A stretch of 62,570 bases of DNA, the filler included, from Kipferlia bialata (lineage: Eukaryota), in the NCBI GenBank assembly GCA_003568945.1. It is 4 parts of 4 records of this genome, joined end to end, with 100 filler letters (N's around TTAATTAATTAA, not from the genome) between each part and the next. Parts side by side here need not be neighbours in the genome. Positions count along the whole stretch, not along the records: positions 1 to 24,336 come from BDIP01000231.1; 3 more parts are not named here. One strand, written 5' to 3'. This document shows positions 1 through 13,426 of the stretch, one piece after another. Under the pieces are notes generated by a model that was not told the origin of the DNA, did not search any database, and saw only the letters and a program-made list of their open reading frames with translations. Both the position numbers and the translations under genes were made by a program. Numbering within the stretch: position 1 is the stretch's first letter; each line of letters opens with the position of its first letter.

Positions 1-3000
1 AGTACAGTCTTCCCCAGCCAGATGCCAGTGTACTGACTATGAAGCTGGCCCAGCATCTGATGGTGGTGGTGACTGGCGATAAGCTGGACCGGAAGTACTC
101 AGGTGCGGTGGTCCAGTAATGGACAGAGTGCATAACTGATACTCTTACCTCAGGCATCACCAGTGGTGTAACTCCCTCCCCAGTCCAGTGGCTAGCTGCC
201 CATGTCCCATCCACGACTCAGTTCCTGGACCAGAGGTATACTGCATTGTGGTTCATTGTTTTGAGTGTCTGATGTTTCTGGCTTGCCACTTATTAGCAGA
301 TTTGGACAGTGCTCAACTACTAGCCTACCTGCTGATGTCTGGAAGGTATGCCTAGTGGACATGTGTTTCTTGGTCGGTATTTGGCTGTACTCCAGACTTG
401 TTGTGTGGCATCAGATGCTGGCTATATTCTGTTTCTTGTATTTGATACTCCAGGCTTCTGTATCCATGGTGGTACAGCTATACGATGCAGCTACCGAGTT
501 GAACCCAGAGAGGTCGTATATGTTTACTCAGGTATACAGGCTGGCTGAACCACCACACTGTCCTTCAGCCTCATACAGGGATGTATTTATCTCTCTTCTA
601 ACAACCAGCTGATGGAGTTCAGTATAAGGGCCACTGACCATATCTGGCAGCGCACTCTTGATGAGAGGGGAAAGCTGCAGGATGTTCTTAAGGTATGCAC
701 ATTCAGTTCATTTGATATCAGAGTCGTCCGTCACACACTAACTGCTAGTCTCTGTCTCGGTACGAGAGGCACTTAGAGTCAATCAGTGAGGGTTCGGTTG
801 TTGATCCATCTTTGGCTACTCGGATAAAGGAGATTAGGACAGGTGATCTCTTTCAATAGGTTTCTAGTTGTACTGTTTGCTTACACCAGCCATATCCCAG
901 TTCCATTCCCCTGACCCCAACAACCCCGAGGAGGTCAAGACCCTTGCTCTTAGGGGACCATCCATCGCTGGTCTACAGTTACTCACAGAGGTACTCCGTC
1001 CTGTCGTGTGTCAATGATATTCAAGTACTAGGCTCAATGTCTTCTTTTACTCCAGGAGATTTATGACAACCCCGACCTTCGGGTATTTGACTACGTGATA
1101 TCACGAGTCGAGGCTGTTAGTGGCTTTGATAGCCAGAACACGTCTCACTCTCTGAACTCCTTCCTCGCAGCCCAAGCCACCTCTCCGTACTACTTCATGT
1201 ACCCGCAGAAGGTACTTCCTGTTTCCTAGTTGTAGTTTTACTCACTAGTTTTCCTCTTCAGCTACAGAGAGTCTTTCATAATGCTAACCTCAGGTCCGCC
1301 GGTTCCTCTACATGTACCTGGGTATCCTACCTAGTTGTGACACGGCAATGATGACATTCACCAGGGTATGTGTTTGAGTGTCTTGGTCTGAATGGGATTC
1401 AGAATCAGTATTCAGGAGGACACACAATGGAGACTACAGTTCGCTGACTCAAGGGCGTGTTTGTTATTTCCTGCTACCCCCACTCTGTCCTGATGGTCAA
1501 CCATGAGAAGGCAGTTGACATTGTTCTGTGTCTAGAGATGTGGAGGGCGGGGCTGCTCAGCTCCCTTTCTATTAGAAAGAGTTCTGAACACAACACGGAT
1601 ACTATCAAGATGGTGAGGGGATCCTACTGTTGGATAGTTTGCAACATTCTCTTCTTCACCTTAGGCCAAGGCTAGGGTCAGTTATCACCTGGTGGATGTA
1701 TCCTCTCCCACTGGTGTATTTGCAAAGTCTTTGTCCAAGGCTTTGGCGGGAACAGGAGCAGTCATATTCTACGGGCCAGACGGTTAGTACTCCTCACACC
1801 ATTGTCACTATATATCCACAGGTGCATTTACTTCAATACCTCTCACTCCAAGGTGTCTGGAATGAGTCTGCCCTAGAGTATGTGCACCAGATCCTAGACC
1901 AGAGTGCCACAAAGGTTACACGGGCAGGGCAGACAATGGTGTTTGAGGTATATTTGTGTACAATTTAAAGGCGTTTCCCTTACATCTGACACACGCAGAA
2001 ATCACACTGCCGCCTGAAGGTCCCCCTGCACAATCGCAAGATATACCTCTGTGGGGCCAGGGACTTTATGCAGGTGGAAGAGTCGCCTGCATTTGTGGTC
2101 AGGTACCTGTTCCAGAAGACATATAGAGTCGTTTATGGTTGCCTCTGATTTTGTCCCTTATCGCTAGGTGTACTCCATTCAGAGCCACTTCGTCTCTGCA
2201 GCTACTGAAGGTGCTAGATGATGCCACTCCCGATAATGGAGACCTTGGACCTTTAAGACAGGCTGCTGAGTACGAAGAGGACTCGCAGCAGGTCGGGGCA
2301 TGGTTTCCGGGTTACTATGATACTTCTCCTTCCTCTCTTCCACAGACTCGAGAAGGGTCTTCGATACTTCTGTGTTAGGACTGCTTTATCTACTCTAATA
2401 TTAGGGTCGCATACAGTTCTGGGCAGCCATTAGTCGTCTGAGAGAGCTGTTCTCTCTGAAGCACCGGGGTGATGCAGCCTATATCAACAACGGACTGAGG
2501 AAGGAGGTATCTCCAGGAACAACAGCTACAGTTACTGCTTTCAGTTCTCACATCAGGTTGAGTTCTCTGCCTACCATGGCCAATACACGGGAGCGTACTC
2601 TAAGCTCTGTGCAATGTGGTCCCACACAGAGGTGAGGGAATGACGGCTGTCAGTGTGCCATTAATGGTATCTGTGAATCGAATCCCGTGCGTCTCATCAA
2701 CAAGAGTGAACGAGTAGATGATTGTCACGCTCTCACGTCAGATAACAGACTTTCTCTGCTCCCTCTATGCTCTTGTGAGGGATGTGATGTCCAGATTCAC
2801 GTCTCCTGAGGTACGGATAAAGCAGTAGATTGGGTACACTTTGTGATTGTATGAACATTGCCTCAATGTGGTTGAATATCCCCTGTGTTGCCGCTCATCA
2901 CAGATCCGCAAGTACCAAAGCCTTGATGTCCAGCTGGAGTACCTGAGAGGTGCCTTGGGTGACATTAGGAAGGAGAAGGATGTTCTCTCTCTGCACAAGA

Positions 3001-6000
3001 GTGTGGTGACTAGGGCCTTCCGCAATGCCACTGGGAGGATGCTGGCCGAGGCCTCCCAGTCTGCATACTCTGCGGCTGAGGCCATTATGGTGTGTATGGC
3101 GTACCTCAACCTGGCCCTGGTCGCAGATGGTGCGTGATGGATATAGTTGTATGTGTCTCTTCTATCGTCGTATTTGTATTGCATTTCCTGGACAGACGAG
3201 TAATAACTCTGATCACTAGAGGCCTTGAGCCCTGACGACTATCTGGTCTACAGACACGTGTACAGCCAGGATTGGGACGCCCTAAGGGCTTGCTGCAGCC
3301 CCACAAAGCTGTTGAATCTACAGGTGGGGATATTTGGCAATTGCCCATTATATACACACTAAGATCAGACACAATTCATTAGTGTCGTGTCCAAGCTGAA
3401 TGGCCACCCGAAGCTCCAGGTGGCTGTGGACAGACTGTTTCTCCTTGAGGCGGCAGGACCTCTACTCGATGGTGTGTGTGCGTCTGTGCTAGGGAGTGAG
3501 TCCAACCTGGCAGCAGCTGCAGAGATCATACTGACATGTGACGGGGCAATGCATGCTCTGGCAGGTACTGGCGTTGGATCTCATCAGAAGCAAACGTTAT
3601 TTATGTCCAACTTGAATTCTACTTGCCCTTACTGTGGGTCCTATACTGGTAACACACTTTCTTTTCTTCTAGAAGGATTCATGTCTCTGACCCAGGTCTT
3701 GTTGGAAACTCTCCCAGGCGAGCCTCTGTATTCGGATCCACATCGGTGTCCCACAACGTCTACATTTCGCCAGATATAGTTGGTGAGTGTCAGTACAGTA
3801 TCATCAGAGTGTAAAACCTTTTAAGGATGGCCACCTTACCCTTAGGACGATCCTTGAACGACCTCTGCCTCTACAGGCTCCTACTGTTGCTGTCAGTCCT
3901 AAACCCAGCAGGGTTCCTGACAATCGCATCTGCGGCAAACAGGTATCCTGGCCATTAAACACTGTAAATGTCGCCCTGTACCTACGAATAGTACTAATGA
4001 GGATGTTGTATTCTCACATAACCACAGGGCTTCGAGTATGGGAGTGTATATCGAGGGCCTCGCCACCACGCCTGTGCACCCACCAATCGACACAGTGTTG
4101 GCAAAGGTACACAGTAGTTCCAAAGGGATTTGTGTTGAGTGTATGTTGCACATATCCTCTCACATACAGGCCATAGCCACTCAGTCCCCTTTGTGGAGTG
4201 TCCTGCTGGCACCGTTTGTAAAGAGCCTGGTGACAAGCTCTGCTCCGTGTAGCTTTGTCGTGCTCTCTTTCACCGCCCAAACATATGCGGTATGTCTTGC
4301 GTACATCCTTGTCACAAACACCTTTGTCTCAATTCAGGAGTCTCTGGTCAGTCGAGTGCTCTCTGGGATGGACATCATCCCCCTCTTCTCCCTGTATCCT
4401 GGGATGCCCCCATCTAGAGTGGCAGTCGTGCCATTCCACTCCATAGCGGTACGGTATATGGAGTGGTTGGACTCACAGCAACATCCCCATCCTAGACTCT
4501 TACCTTCAGCACTTGTCACCAGATGACCCAACACTGTTCCAACCGTGCAAGGTCATTCTTCTTGTGAATGAGAGCACTCCCTTGCACCAGTGGCCCCTTC
4601 TAGACTCGATAGTCAAGCGTAGTGTGGGCGGCAGGTGCTTTGGCCTTCTGACACATAGTAGACCGGTGATGCTCAGTGCCAGCAGAGTGCCGCACGCAAC
4701 ACTAGGTCATTCACTTTTCGTTCTGGTCGTGTATCTGGTTTGAAGGATTCTCTAGTTTGTCAATCACTAGTAGTATTCTTTCATTCTTTTCGGCTGACCC
4801 TCAGCGTCTCTGTCCCCGAGTGTGCATACCCTACAGCACTCCCCAGGGTGTGCACCCTATGTCTGTCCGGTGTTCAGCAACAGCATGAGAAGGTGGCAAA
4901 GTCTCTCGAATCCCGTATACCGTCAAGTGACTGTTGTATCAATTACTAACCATTGGTTTCACATAGTCTCACAACCAGGTCTCTACTTGCATACATCGTT
5001 AGCCTTGGCCTGGCTGAGAGCTTCTCTGAAGCAGGGTCATCAACAGGTGTGTAACACACTGTGCTATATATAGAGTGGTAATACATAAATTGACAATACA
5101 GGATTCGAGGCCGACCTGACGCTGGAGCTCTTAGTGCGTCAAATCACAACCATGGCGTGTTTGGTAGCGCCTGAGGCAGGTTTAGTGCAAGATATGTGCG
5201 TGAAAGTTCTTATATAGATGAACACTGTGGGCGTAGTGGAGACGACAGAGAGTCACTGATTCTTTGAGTCTATCCTCACCCTAGGTACTCCCATCCCCTT
5301 CTTACTCGTTCTACTGAAGTCCCCTTCCCAGACTATGAGCCTACGGGATCATTCAGACTCACCAACTACTGGCATTGTGCACCTGAGGTTAAGCAGGTGG
5401 GGGCTGAGTTATAGTGCAAGAGTCTTAGGAGTTTCTAGATGCATTGATCCACTCTAACCCCTAGGCGTCTCTGCACAATACCCTCACAGACGTTGGGGCA
5501 GCTGTCTCGTGGACAAGAGAGGTATGCTTTGTCTCTAGTATTGTTGCATGGTTTTTACATAGTCTAAATGAGTTACAGAGAGTAATCTCTCTTTCCTTCA
5601 GTGTTTCTCTGACCCTCAGTGTCACACACTAGACCAGAGGATGTTCTTTGGTAGGCATATCCAACGCATGCTCAGAGGTTATGCAGGTATCATAAATACG
5701 TATAATTAGAATTTGCCATATATCCCTTGTTGGCACTAACACCAGACATCCTGTGCTTTGAGGGTGCAACCACTCCCCTCTACCCAATGACATGCACCCT
5801 TCCTGGGGACTACAAGGTGGGAGAGTCTATATGTCGAGACTAACACTAATATTTCTATCCATTCCTACCACTTTCGACCACTTTCCGCGAAACTGGTTGC
5901 GAAACTTTCGCGCGGCTAACTATAGGAAGTGAATGACAACAACTTGTTCAGGAGGCCTGGCCTGAAGCGAGAAGACTCCTGTAGGTCCAGGGTGTTCTCT

Positions 6001-7930
6001 GTCGCAAGGTATGCTAGCTTTAATATGTTCTTTCAATGATAATATCATTATGATATACTCTCTGACACCCAGGTCCAACCACTCCTTGGCAGCGTCTACC
6101 AGACAGACTCCACGCAGAACACTCTCTAGGACCCATGCTCTGCAGCCCATATGCAGTGCTAGGAACAGCATAGAGTCCGGTAGTCAGGCACGTATATACC
6201 TTGCATCATATGCATAGCATCATGTTTCGGGCAGTATCTCACTACTAGTGAGTGTTGTCTATAGATGACTAACAACAGTATGCCATTGGGAGACATGCCA
6301 CCCACAGTGTGGTGTCTCACTCGTCGCATGGCAGGCAGAGGCGAATCAAGGCCGCACTAGAACATATGCTAGAGAAGGTAGAGTAGGACACGCCCTGTCC
6401 ATAATATGTGGGTCTGGAGTGTATTCCATATCCAATTGTATTCTCTTACCATAGGCCTCTTCCAGTGAGGACAAGACCATTGTTTTGACCCCATCGGAAG
6501 ACACATTTGTGAAGTCTCTCATACCCGAGGCCTGTCCTCTTGACCTGATGGCATTCTGTCAGGTGGGTTGTGAGTCGTATCAGCCGACTACATAGTGTCA
6601 CTCGTTGGGTTGTATCAAAGACACTCTACAGACAACAACCCCTCACCCAGGCTCTAGAGTCTGCCCATGCCTCCACAGACCCTATGACCCTGGTGTCCAC
6701 CACTGACTACTTCTCTCCCCTAGCCATGTCTCCAGTCCTTAACAGGCCCAGGGTGCTGCACTCTCTCAGGTATGTATCTCTCTTCTTCAAGTATCTCTTC
6801 GCTGCATGACTATATACTTACTCATAGGTCCATGCTTCAACGTGTGTACAGTGGCAACAAGGTGGCAAGAGAAGGAAGCGAGGGATCGAGAGACACAGGG
6901 CAAGAGGTGATGCTGGGATGATACTCGTAGAGCTACTCGCTGTTACTTGAAAGAATTCAGACTGCACCTTTCTCACTCCAGGACCTATGTGATCTCTCCT
7001 TCGAGGCACTGGATATGATACAGACCACGGAGACAGAGGAAGTGGTACAGTACGTAATACACTATATATATTATCTATATTCTTATGACATGTTTCACTA
7101 CCTTCACTATTCGTGGTCTGACGTCAGCTCCTTGGAGACCCTGCTCTCTATGCATCCCATCAGTTCGTGGCATGACCAGACCCCAGATATCACCCATCTG
7201 TCCTATGGAGGTGAGTGTCCCATACACATCTCAATCCATGTGTCTTACACTAGCAAAGCTGGTCCTGTTGCAGACAATGCTTATTCTGTACTCCAAGAAC
7301 GCACATGTTCCATACCACCTATGCTCCTATGAGGCCACTCTAACAGAGCCAGTAGTGGGGAATGGAGAGTTGGTTGTAAGTCTCCAGACTCAAAGTAAAG
7401 GTATGTTCGTAACTAGGGTGAGCTATGAGGGTATTTCCACAGAACGGACGTGCTAACGCCAAGGCTTCTACGTCTCAAGTGACTCTGGCGATGTAGTAGC
7501 CCACTCCTACCGGGTACCCACTGGTCTAGTCACAGTGTACCTGAGGGTGGCCAACAACCAGGGGGAGGCAACGTGGTATGTGGTGTTATCTTGAACTACG
7601 CGATAGGTCGGATACTGTATAGTACTTCTCCTCTCACATCCAGCAAGTGCGTCGATGCCGATGGGGGAGTCCGGCTGAGACAGGACTCTGCCCTCACCTG
7701 TGCTAGGCTAGAGAACCCCACCTCCGGCATGGATATGGTCACTATGTACATGCCAGTCATGCTGGACAGAATCAGGTGGGGTTATCTCATTTACACATTA
7801 CACTCTCTATTCGCACACAGTCTCTGATACCAGGATAGCCCAGGTCCGCTGCCGTTCGACTCTCTTATACAGAGACTGGTTTGGAAGCTTTGGGTGCTTC
7901 TTTGAGGTGGTTTCCAAGAGTACCATTTGA
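1..7930 (+). CDS. Large multi-exon gene (5' truncated); highly divergent dynein heavy chain-like protein
   Basis: Continuous run of short exons and ~40-110-nt GT-AG introns ending at TGA 7928-7930; not every junction was verified. Dynein-like segments occur in the expected order: ATSPYYFMYPQKLQRVFH (cf. AAA3 lid KSHYxFNLRDLSRVF), EESPAFVVRCTPF (cf. AAA4 SPALFNRC), a coiled coil at 2864-3130 ending AEAIMVCMAYL (cf. GDxLLxAAFxxY), KVILLVNE..PLLDSIVKRSVGG and PECAYPTALPRVCTL (cf. AAA5), and C-terminal YMPV..RST..DW. No intact P-loop was seen. Confidence 0.45.
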
Positions 7931-8052
7931 ATAGAGAGTTCTGTCGAAGACAAATCGATCAATGTGACATTGATAATCAAGGATTGATTCAGCATAATAT
8001 GTCTACTGTGACACAAGGATTCTCACATCACTAATACATGCACTATAAATAT

Positions 8053-9114
8053 TTATGTATCGTATGTGGAGCTATCTAGATTATCGATGGTGTTCCACCG
8101 ATCTGCCAGCAGAGGATCAAGCTTCACTATCGAGAGGGCTCCTGGTTGCACAACAAGCATCGTGGTAGGGTTCAGCATACACACAGATACAACCACTCCA
8201 TCGGAGGGAAGGTCTTCGCACAAAGTGACCTCATTTGTCACTATATCGTACATATACACCCGTGTGCCCCTTGTGCCCTCAGGTTGGATGGTCTCTGCTC
8301 TGAAGATACACAGGCCTCCCCCTACCTCACACATTGCCACAGTCTTACCAACACTCCACTTGTCACCATTAGGGTAGGACACTGGCTCTCTAGTGACAGA
8401 ACCGTCTAGAGATATGCGGAGGGCATCTGTCCAGCTGAATCCAAGGAATGACCCAGTATCATAGGTATACAGACACCTGCTAAGGCCTTGCGAGTGTGAT
8501 GCAGGAAGTGATACACGACTCCATCCCTCACCCTCTGCCTCTGCCTCAGTGTCTAGTACCCACATGTCACTGCTGTGTCCAAGCTTCTGACCGGCCCTGC
8601 TGATCTCTCTGTGGCCCCCAAACAGTACAAGATGCCCATCTACAATAGTGGAGTGGAACCAAATCATCGGTATGGGTGAGACTGTGGTGTCGTCATGTTT
8701 TCCACTGTTTGTGTCTGGCGACAGAGTGTCACTGTCTGTATTGCATGTGTGTATGAATAGGTGACCAGCCCTGAGGTTGAATGAGCGCTTCATGTCGAGC
8801 CTGACACCCAGTGCAAACACCTTCCCCTCCCCTCCCACCAGTCTGACATTGCCACCAGTACAGAGTATGCTGCCGACATCTGTCACTTGACATCTAGCCT
8901 TATGCCCCCCAAGCTCAAACTCAAGTCTGAATTAGTCTGCTCTAAAATACAGCATATTGGACACGTTTACCTCTGGTAGAAGGAGGGGTATTTACCTCTT
9001 AATGTGAGTGCCGTCTGATGCAAGGAGTGTGTTGTGTCCAATGCTGACAACAGTTGATGGGTTCCACTGTATGTCTACCTCTTCACTACTAAGAAACCAG
9101 GATAGAGGGGACAT
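8053..9114 (-). CDS. Kelch/beta-propeller-like protein (2 exons; intron 8927-8995)
   Basis: ATG 9114 MSPLSWFL..HIKR splices in frame (gtaaat..ctaattcag) into the 277-aa ORF, which has the kelch-type motif WFHSTIVDGHLVLFGG..SSDMWVLDT..WSRV. Confidence 0.7.
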
Positions 9115-9443
9115 CTGGATCTGTTGGATAAGATACAGTGATAGTGATAAGGGAAAGAGAGACATCCAGCAGGAAGGAGGTAGGATATACACAAAGAGAG
9201 AGAGAGTCCTTACTTAGGATATCATATAATGAGACACAAGTACACAGAAGCAGGATTGAGGAAAAATAGGATTGTATGTGTATGGTTGGTACTAAGGGAG
9301 AATGTGGGGGGGGGGGGGTAATCAGATACTTGAAATGAATAATAATAGAACAGACTGTGTGGCAATTGCGACCACACAACTCAAGAAACATTATACCTGT
9401 GTGCCTGAGTACTTCGTTTGCTAGTGGAACACCCAGTATGTGC

Positions 9444-9722
9444 GTGTTATGTCTCAGTTCCCTAGTTGCCGTCCAGAGGGAGTCGCTGAACAAGAGAGAG
9501 ACAGAAATGATGAATGACTAGTGAACCCTCAATTCTCAATGGACAAAAACCTTCACAGCATACCTGGCCAGACTGTGTATCACACTGGCTCTTTCACTAG
9601 TGTAGCATCCAGTAAGTGAGTGTTATGTCCCTGTTCTTTAGTTCCCGTCCAGTGACAGTCGCTGAACGAAAGAGACCAGACAGAATACTCTGACCCCTCA
9701 ATTCTCAAAAGACAAAAACCTC
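9444..9722 (+). repeat. Diverged intergenic direct repeat, two ~105-bp copies (9444-9552, 9620-9722)
   Basis: gtgttatgtc..agtt.ccgtccag..agtcgctgaac..agacagaa..ccctcaattctcaa..gacaaaaacct occurs twice. Confidence 0.8.
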
Positions 9723-9913
9723 AAAGATGGTCGCAAACCATATATATAGCGATAGAATCCTGTCATTAACGCTTGAGATGCCGACAAGTTGGAGAATAGA
9801 GACGCATTGAATGCAGCTGGTGTCTGAAGTGTTATGCCCTCCCGTGATAGGATGAAGCCTCTCCTCGTCTGACCGAGTGTGCACCTCTCCAAACCAGTGT
9901 ATCTGATAGGTAT

Positions 9914-10862
9914 ATGTCTGGAAGGGGGGACAGCCACAGGTATACCGAGAACCAGGCTGCGGGTGACCTGTCTAGCAAGGAGTGCGAGGTTGCTGCCTCT
10001 CTAGCAGACTCTGTGTTCAGAAGGAGACCCAGGAAGTACGGGTGCTGCCAGAGTGTGCTGTACTCACAGGTGGGTTTGTCACACTATATATGTGACATGA
10101 GTGACGTTTCGAGCCTGTCTCTATCTTTGCAATACTCTTAACACTAGGCTGAGGCAATTGAGGATAGGAGATTCCTTCTGAGGGGCGAGCTGCAGGTGCC
10201 ACATTACTACTCTCCTCCATATGTGCGAAACTCCCTGGATTGTATTACTTCACTCCTTGGATATGCATATGTCGCTTTACCTCCAGGGAATGGGAGCTGA
10301 GGAGCTCTATGCTTATGGAGCCAAGGTATGATTACTATTCGACTAGTTGTTCAGTTGGTGTCATTGTAGTCAATATTCCAGTGTCACCCTCACCCCCAGT
10401 ACAACCAGGGCAACCGCACCTCTGGTGTGTGTGGGGCGTGTCACGCTGCATGTCTGATGCTGCCAGACATGGAGGACGCAATCAAGGAAGGGCAATATAT
10501 ATATACTATACTATATATATATATATATACTTCCATGGTGTGATTGTGTGTGCATTCTCAGTCTGTGTCATGTTGTTCTTTGACATCAGGACAGGTTCAA
10601 GAGAGAGCAGGTGACCCATTGTTGCAGAAGAGCAGAGGTGGGTAACACAGTTGAGATAGTGACACTTTGTGACAAGTGAAATGCATGTACAGTGAGCGCT
10701 GATACTCTGCTCTATTTGGGGTGCTCAGTACATATCTGAACTGTATGTTATGTGCCTTCACTCCAGGAAGGAACAGATCCCAGCAGATGCCGTGAGCGTG
10801 TCCTCTTGGCCAGCCGTATAGTGGCTGACCTGACCTCACCTCTCGGTCCCACGAAGCTGTAG
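9914..10862 (+). CDS. C-GCAxxG-C-C family putative redox-active protein (5 exons)
   Basis: Exons 9914-10069, 10287-10325, 10400-~10486, ~10590-10637 and 10767-10862 give ..ADSVFRRRPRKYGCCQSVL..GNRTSGVCGACHAAC..F(x8)C..CRERVLLASRIVADL, which matches the NCAQSV / CGA / FxxxxGxxxC / CxxxV pattern of the family. Confidence 0.7.
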
Positions 10863-11156
10863 ATCTAGACATGACTGTATATGCTGTTAACACTATCAGA
10901 GAACCACACCTGACGAAACAAATAGACCACTGTCACATCATTCAAGTATGGTGCATGTGAGTCTACAATATCTCTGCGCAGCATGGATGGTGCCTCCTGA
11001 TAGGGTATCTCTCTTGTCACATGGCCAGTAACCATATGAAAGATATCTGAAATAGTGATACCTTCCAGTGATGAAGACTTCCATAGTCAGTCGCGGTCTC
11101 CTCATTCAAACAGTACCACCCTTCTCTCCAGAGCATACGAGAGAGTCTACCACTGC

Positions 11157-13426
11157 ATGGCAGGTACCGACACCACCAGTGAGACACCCACTGCCTGTGT
11201 ATCCCCTAGGGATGTCGACACCACAGACGCTGTAGAGGTGCAGCTGCAGTGTGGCCCCATGGGTCCCCTGTCAGATGCAGACAGGACACACATCCACAAC
11301 ACCATGAAGGCATACTTTGGTATGTACCCTGCCTCCCTCAGCACTGCCCACCTCGACTACGCAGCTGAGGAGGAGAGGCGCTACAGGGCACACGTCGCCT
11401 CCCTCGCCACCCCTACAGCATTGGCAGAGAGACGCCGGAGGAGTGTGTTCCTGGAGCTGTACCATCAGACTCACCCTGTGTGGCAGCAGTCTACAGTGAG
11501 TCAGCGGAAGATGGCCCACAAGAGAGAGCAGAGGCAGAGGCTGTGTGTGCTAGAGGAGAGGGCCAAGACAGATGCTGGTATAGCCACAGGGCTGACCAGG
11601 CTGATGTCCACGCCTGTCCCTGACCTCAGGCGTCTCTGCAGACACAATCAGGTCATGACAGCTGGTATCAAGGTACAGCTGGTCGAGAGACTCATGCAGT
11701 GTGCCCTGCATGGCTCCCCCGGCCCCTGTCCCCAGTGCCACACCTGTGAGAGTGAGGTGGTATACGACACAGAGGGTGCACCCCAGGCAGTGAGGTGCCA
11801 CCATGAGCTGGCAGACTTTGACAGAGTGACGCCCTGTGGGTATGTGAGGGAGTACACTGGGCAGGGGGCACCCTTTAGAGACACACCTGACAGATGCATA
11901 GCCAATGCAGTGACACACAGGACACAGCCACCTGACTACACATGTGAGTGCTGTGGGGAGGTGCCTCAGAGGGGACACAGGTATCTATATTTCTACATAT
12001 ACATATATATCGTGTAGGTGATTGTATACTGACTCTGAGGTCCTCCTGCACCCATGCCTTCCATGTCTGCAAGCACTGCAAGAGACAGGCGAAGCAGGCC
12101 AGACAGAGTCGCATGCAGGAGCTGCTCTCCTGGACCCACTCCCTGGGTCTATCCCTAGCTGATATCCAGAGGGCTGGGGATGTGTATGCTGCATACCTGA
12201 ACGGACATGGCACAAGGTCAGCAGCTGAGCTGGCAGCTACCTGTGCTAAGCTACGCTATGTGACCACATACTGCCCTGAGTTCCCCAAGGTGGCAGTGGC
12301 CCTGGAGAGGCTACTAGCAGAAGTCACCAAGGTAGGTGTCAGATGTATTGGGGCAGGTGATGATATAATATCATTGATATTCATAGTAGTATGATGGGGG
12401 TTTTCCCTTGACACCAGGACGAGGCCATGGAGGCTGCCAGCACTCTCTACGGCACCCCCTTCCCCCCTCTGTACTCAGATGGCCTTGAGAGGAGGGTGAT
12501 ACAGACTGTGTTCAGACGGGAGTGCACCACACTGGATGAGTGTCTAGCCTATGAGGTATCGGATGTCGCTGTATACTGTTAGTAGATGCAGTATTGTATA
12601 GACTTAGAGGACTGACCCCAGGCTGACAACTGGACCATCCCCTCTACCCTCCCCTGGCTGAGAGAGGACTACACCGGGAATGACCAGGACTACATAGATC
12701 TCAACAACTACGGGGGGCACTCCTACATAGGCCAGAAGGAGAGAGAGGGCTGTCTAGATGCCAGGTTGGTATTACTATTTACTCTCCTGTCTTCACCATT
12801 GCAAGTCACATGCATGTCACACCAGGTGGGAGGACCAGTGGCCTGAGGGCGAGCCCATCCGGTTTGACGACTGTGTCATCTACACCCCCAGGGCTGTGCG
12901 GGAGGTGTTATGTATCCACCCCCATGACACACCAGACACACACATGCCTCGGTGCCTGATATGCAGGTTCCAGCCGGAGGGTGTGGTTGTCAGGCCTAGC
13001 CATAAGGCACACTCCACGGGGAGTCAGACAGGCATACCAGGTCCATACACTAGGAGATGGCTGGGCTTGGAGAGAGAGGGAGTGGTGGCCGATCGTCCTA
13101 AGAGGACTAAGGGCATGGCATCCACCAGACGTAGACTCAGAGCTGATGGGCTCGACACCCTTACAAACACCATCACCCGGTGTGCACGTATGGACATCCC
13201 CTCACTCAGAACTGGACTCAGTAGGGTGATGAGGGGGAGAAGACTCATTCACAGGTGGGTACTGGCAGTGCCTGCGAAGGGAGCAGCGAGGGTGCCTAAG
13301 GCTAGAAGGGTAGAGAAGAGAGAGGTGGGAAGAGTGCCACAGAGACAGAGAGTGGATGCCAGACGTGGCAAGGCAGTGCGGCCCCTGGGTGCTATGGAGG
13401 CAGCGGGAATCGGCACACTACTCTAG
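11157..13426 (+). CDS. Multi-exon protein with PADR1 (PARP1 Zn3-like) domain and a second Cys-rich/helical domain; 3' end uncertain (12999 or 13426)
   Basis: LRRLCRHNQVMTAGIKVQLVERLMQCALHGSPGPCPQC..C..C resembles PADR1 (L..N.Q...G....L.RV.D...FG...PC..C). In-frame introns at 11981-12039 and downstream add CECC..C..H.CKHC, RMQELLSW..LGL..AYLNG and IPSTLPWL. Confidence 0.65.

Noticed and set aside
5868..5915. CG-rich intronic motif with gcgaaa-c-tttcgc dyad and an E2F-like TTTCGCGC
   Set aside because: Single short occurrence inside an intron; cannot be distinguished from chance.
9698..10220. Minus-strand ORFs 9698-9937 and 10017-10220
   Set aside because: No recognisable motif; they overlap the better-supported plus-strand redox gene and its first intron.
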